A stretch of 20,000 nucleotides of DNA from contig NC_057720.1 of the NCBI RefSeq assembly GCF_004010195.1, forward strand, positions 28,021,320 through 28,041,319, in the 5' to 3' direction. This document shows, one piece after another, positions 19,518-20,000 of the stretch (positions are counted from its first letter, which is position 1; each line of letters opens with the position of its first letter). The stretch comes from Chiloscyllium plagiosum. Taxonomy: Eukaryota. A program made the position numbers and the translations under genes. The notes under the pieces were generated by a model. It searched no databases. It saw nothing but the letters and a program-made list of their open reading frames with translations, and was not told the origin of the DNA.

Positions 19518-20000
19518 GGTAAAAACAATGACTGCAGATACTAGAAACCAGATTCTGGATTAGTGGTGCTGGAAGAGCACAGCAGTTCAGGCAGCATCCA
19601 AGGAGCAGCGAAATCAATGTTTCGGGCAAAAGCCCTTCAGGAATAAAGGCAGTGAGCCTGAAGCGTGGAGAGATAAGCTAGAGGAGGGTAGGGGTGGGGA
19701 GAAAGTAGCATAGAGTACAATGGGTGAGTGGGGGTAAGGTTGAAGGTGATCGGTGAGGGAGGAGAGGGTGGAGTGGACAGGTGGAAAAGGAGATAGGCAG
19801 GTAGGATAAGTCCGGACAAGTCATGGGGATAGTGTGGAGCTGGAAGTTTGGAACTAGGGTGAGGTGGGGGAAGGGGAAATGAGGAAACTGTTGAAGTCCA
19901 CATTGATGCCCTGGGGTTGAAGTGTTCCGAGGCAGAAGATGAGGCGTTCTTCCTCCAGGCATCTGGTGGTGAGGGAGCGGCGGTGAAGGAGGCCCAGGAC
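19518..20000 (-). mobile_element. 3' end of Neptune-type PLE (endonuclease C-terminus, 3' UTR, tailed pLTR); continues beyond the window
   Basis: Minus strand from 20000 reads VLGLLHRRSLTTRCLEEERLIFCLGTLQPQGINVDFNSF. pLTR 19518-19645 closely matches the 3854-4075 arms and tail; its HHR core has a 3-nt deletion. Confidence 0.9.

Overview
This is repeat-dense vertebrate DNA, very probably from a cartilaginous fish (shark), inferred from three HE1-type SINEs and HER1/CR1-like LINEs. It is dominated by retroelement relics: many decayed CR1-clade LINE fragments, two Tigger-like MITEs, a probable Vingi/Ingi-like fragment and nine Penelope-like element (PLE) insertions. One is a composite Neptune-type RT relic (153-2271) holding a nested Poseidon-type element with an open GIY-YIG ORF. 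The most notable structure is a set of 90-220 bp non-coding PLE terminal-repeat (pLTR) insertions, either solo or fold-back palindromes. They have 9-14 bp target-site duplications (TSDs) and ultra-minimal hammerhead-ribozyme (HHR) cores (CUGANGA-N-stem II-GAAAC-GUH), and their 5' breakpoints cluster at the ribozyme edge. Two short, phase-compatible candidate host exons (3416-3461, 9829-9854) may be the 3' end of an unidentified + strand gene. All family assignments come from motif recognition by eye, not database searches, and boundaries of old LINE fragments are approximate.
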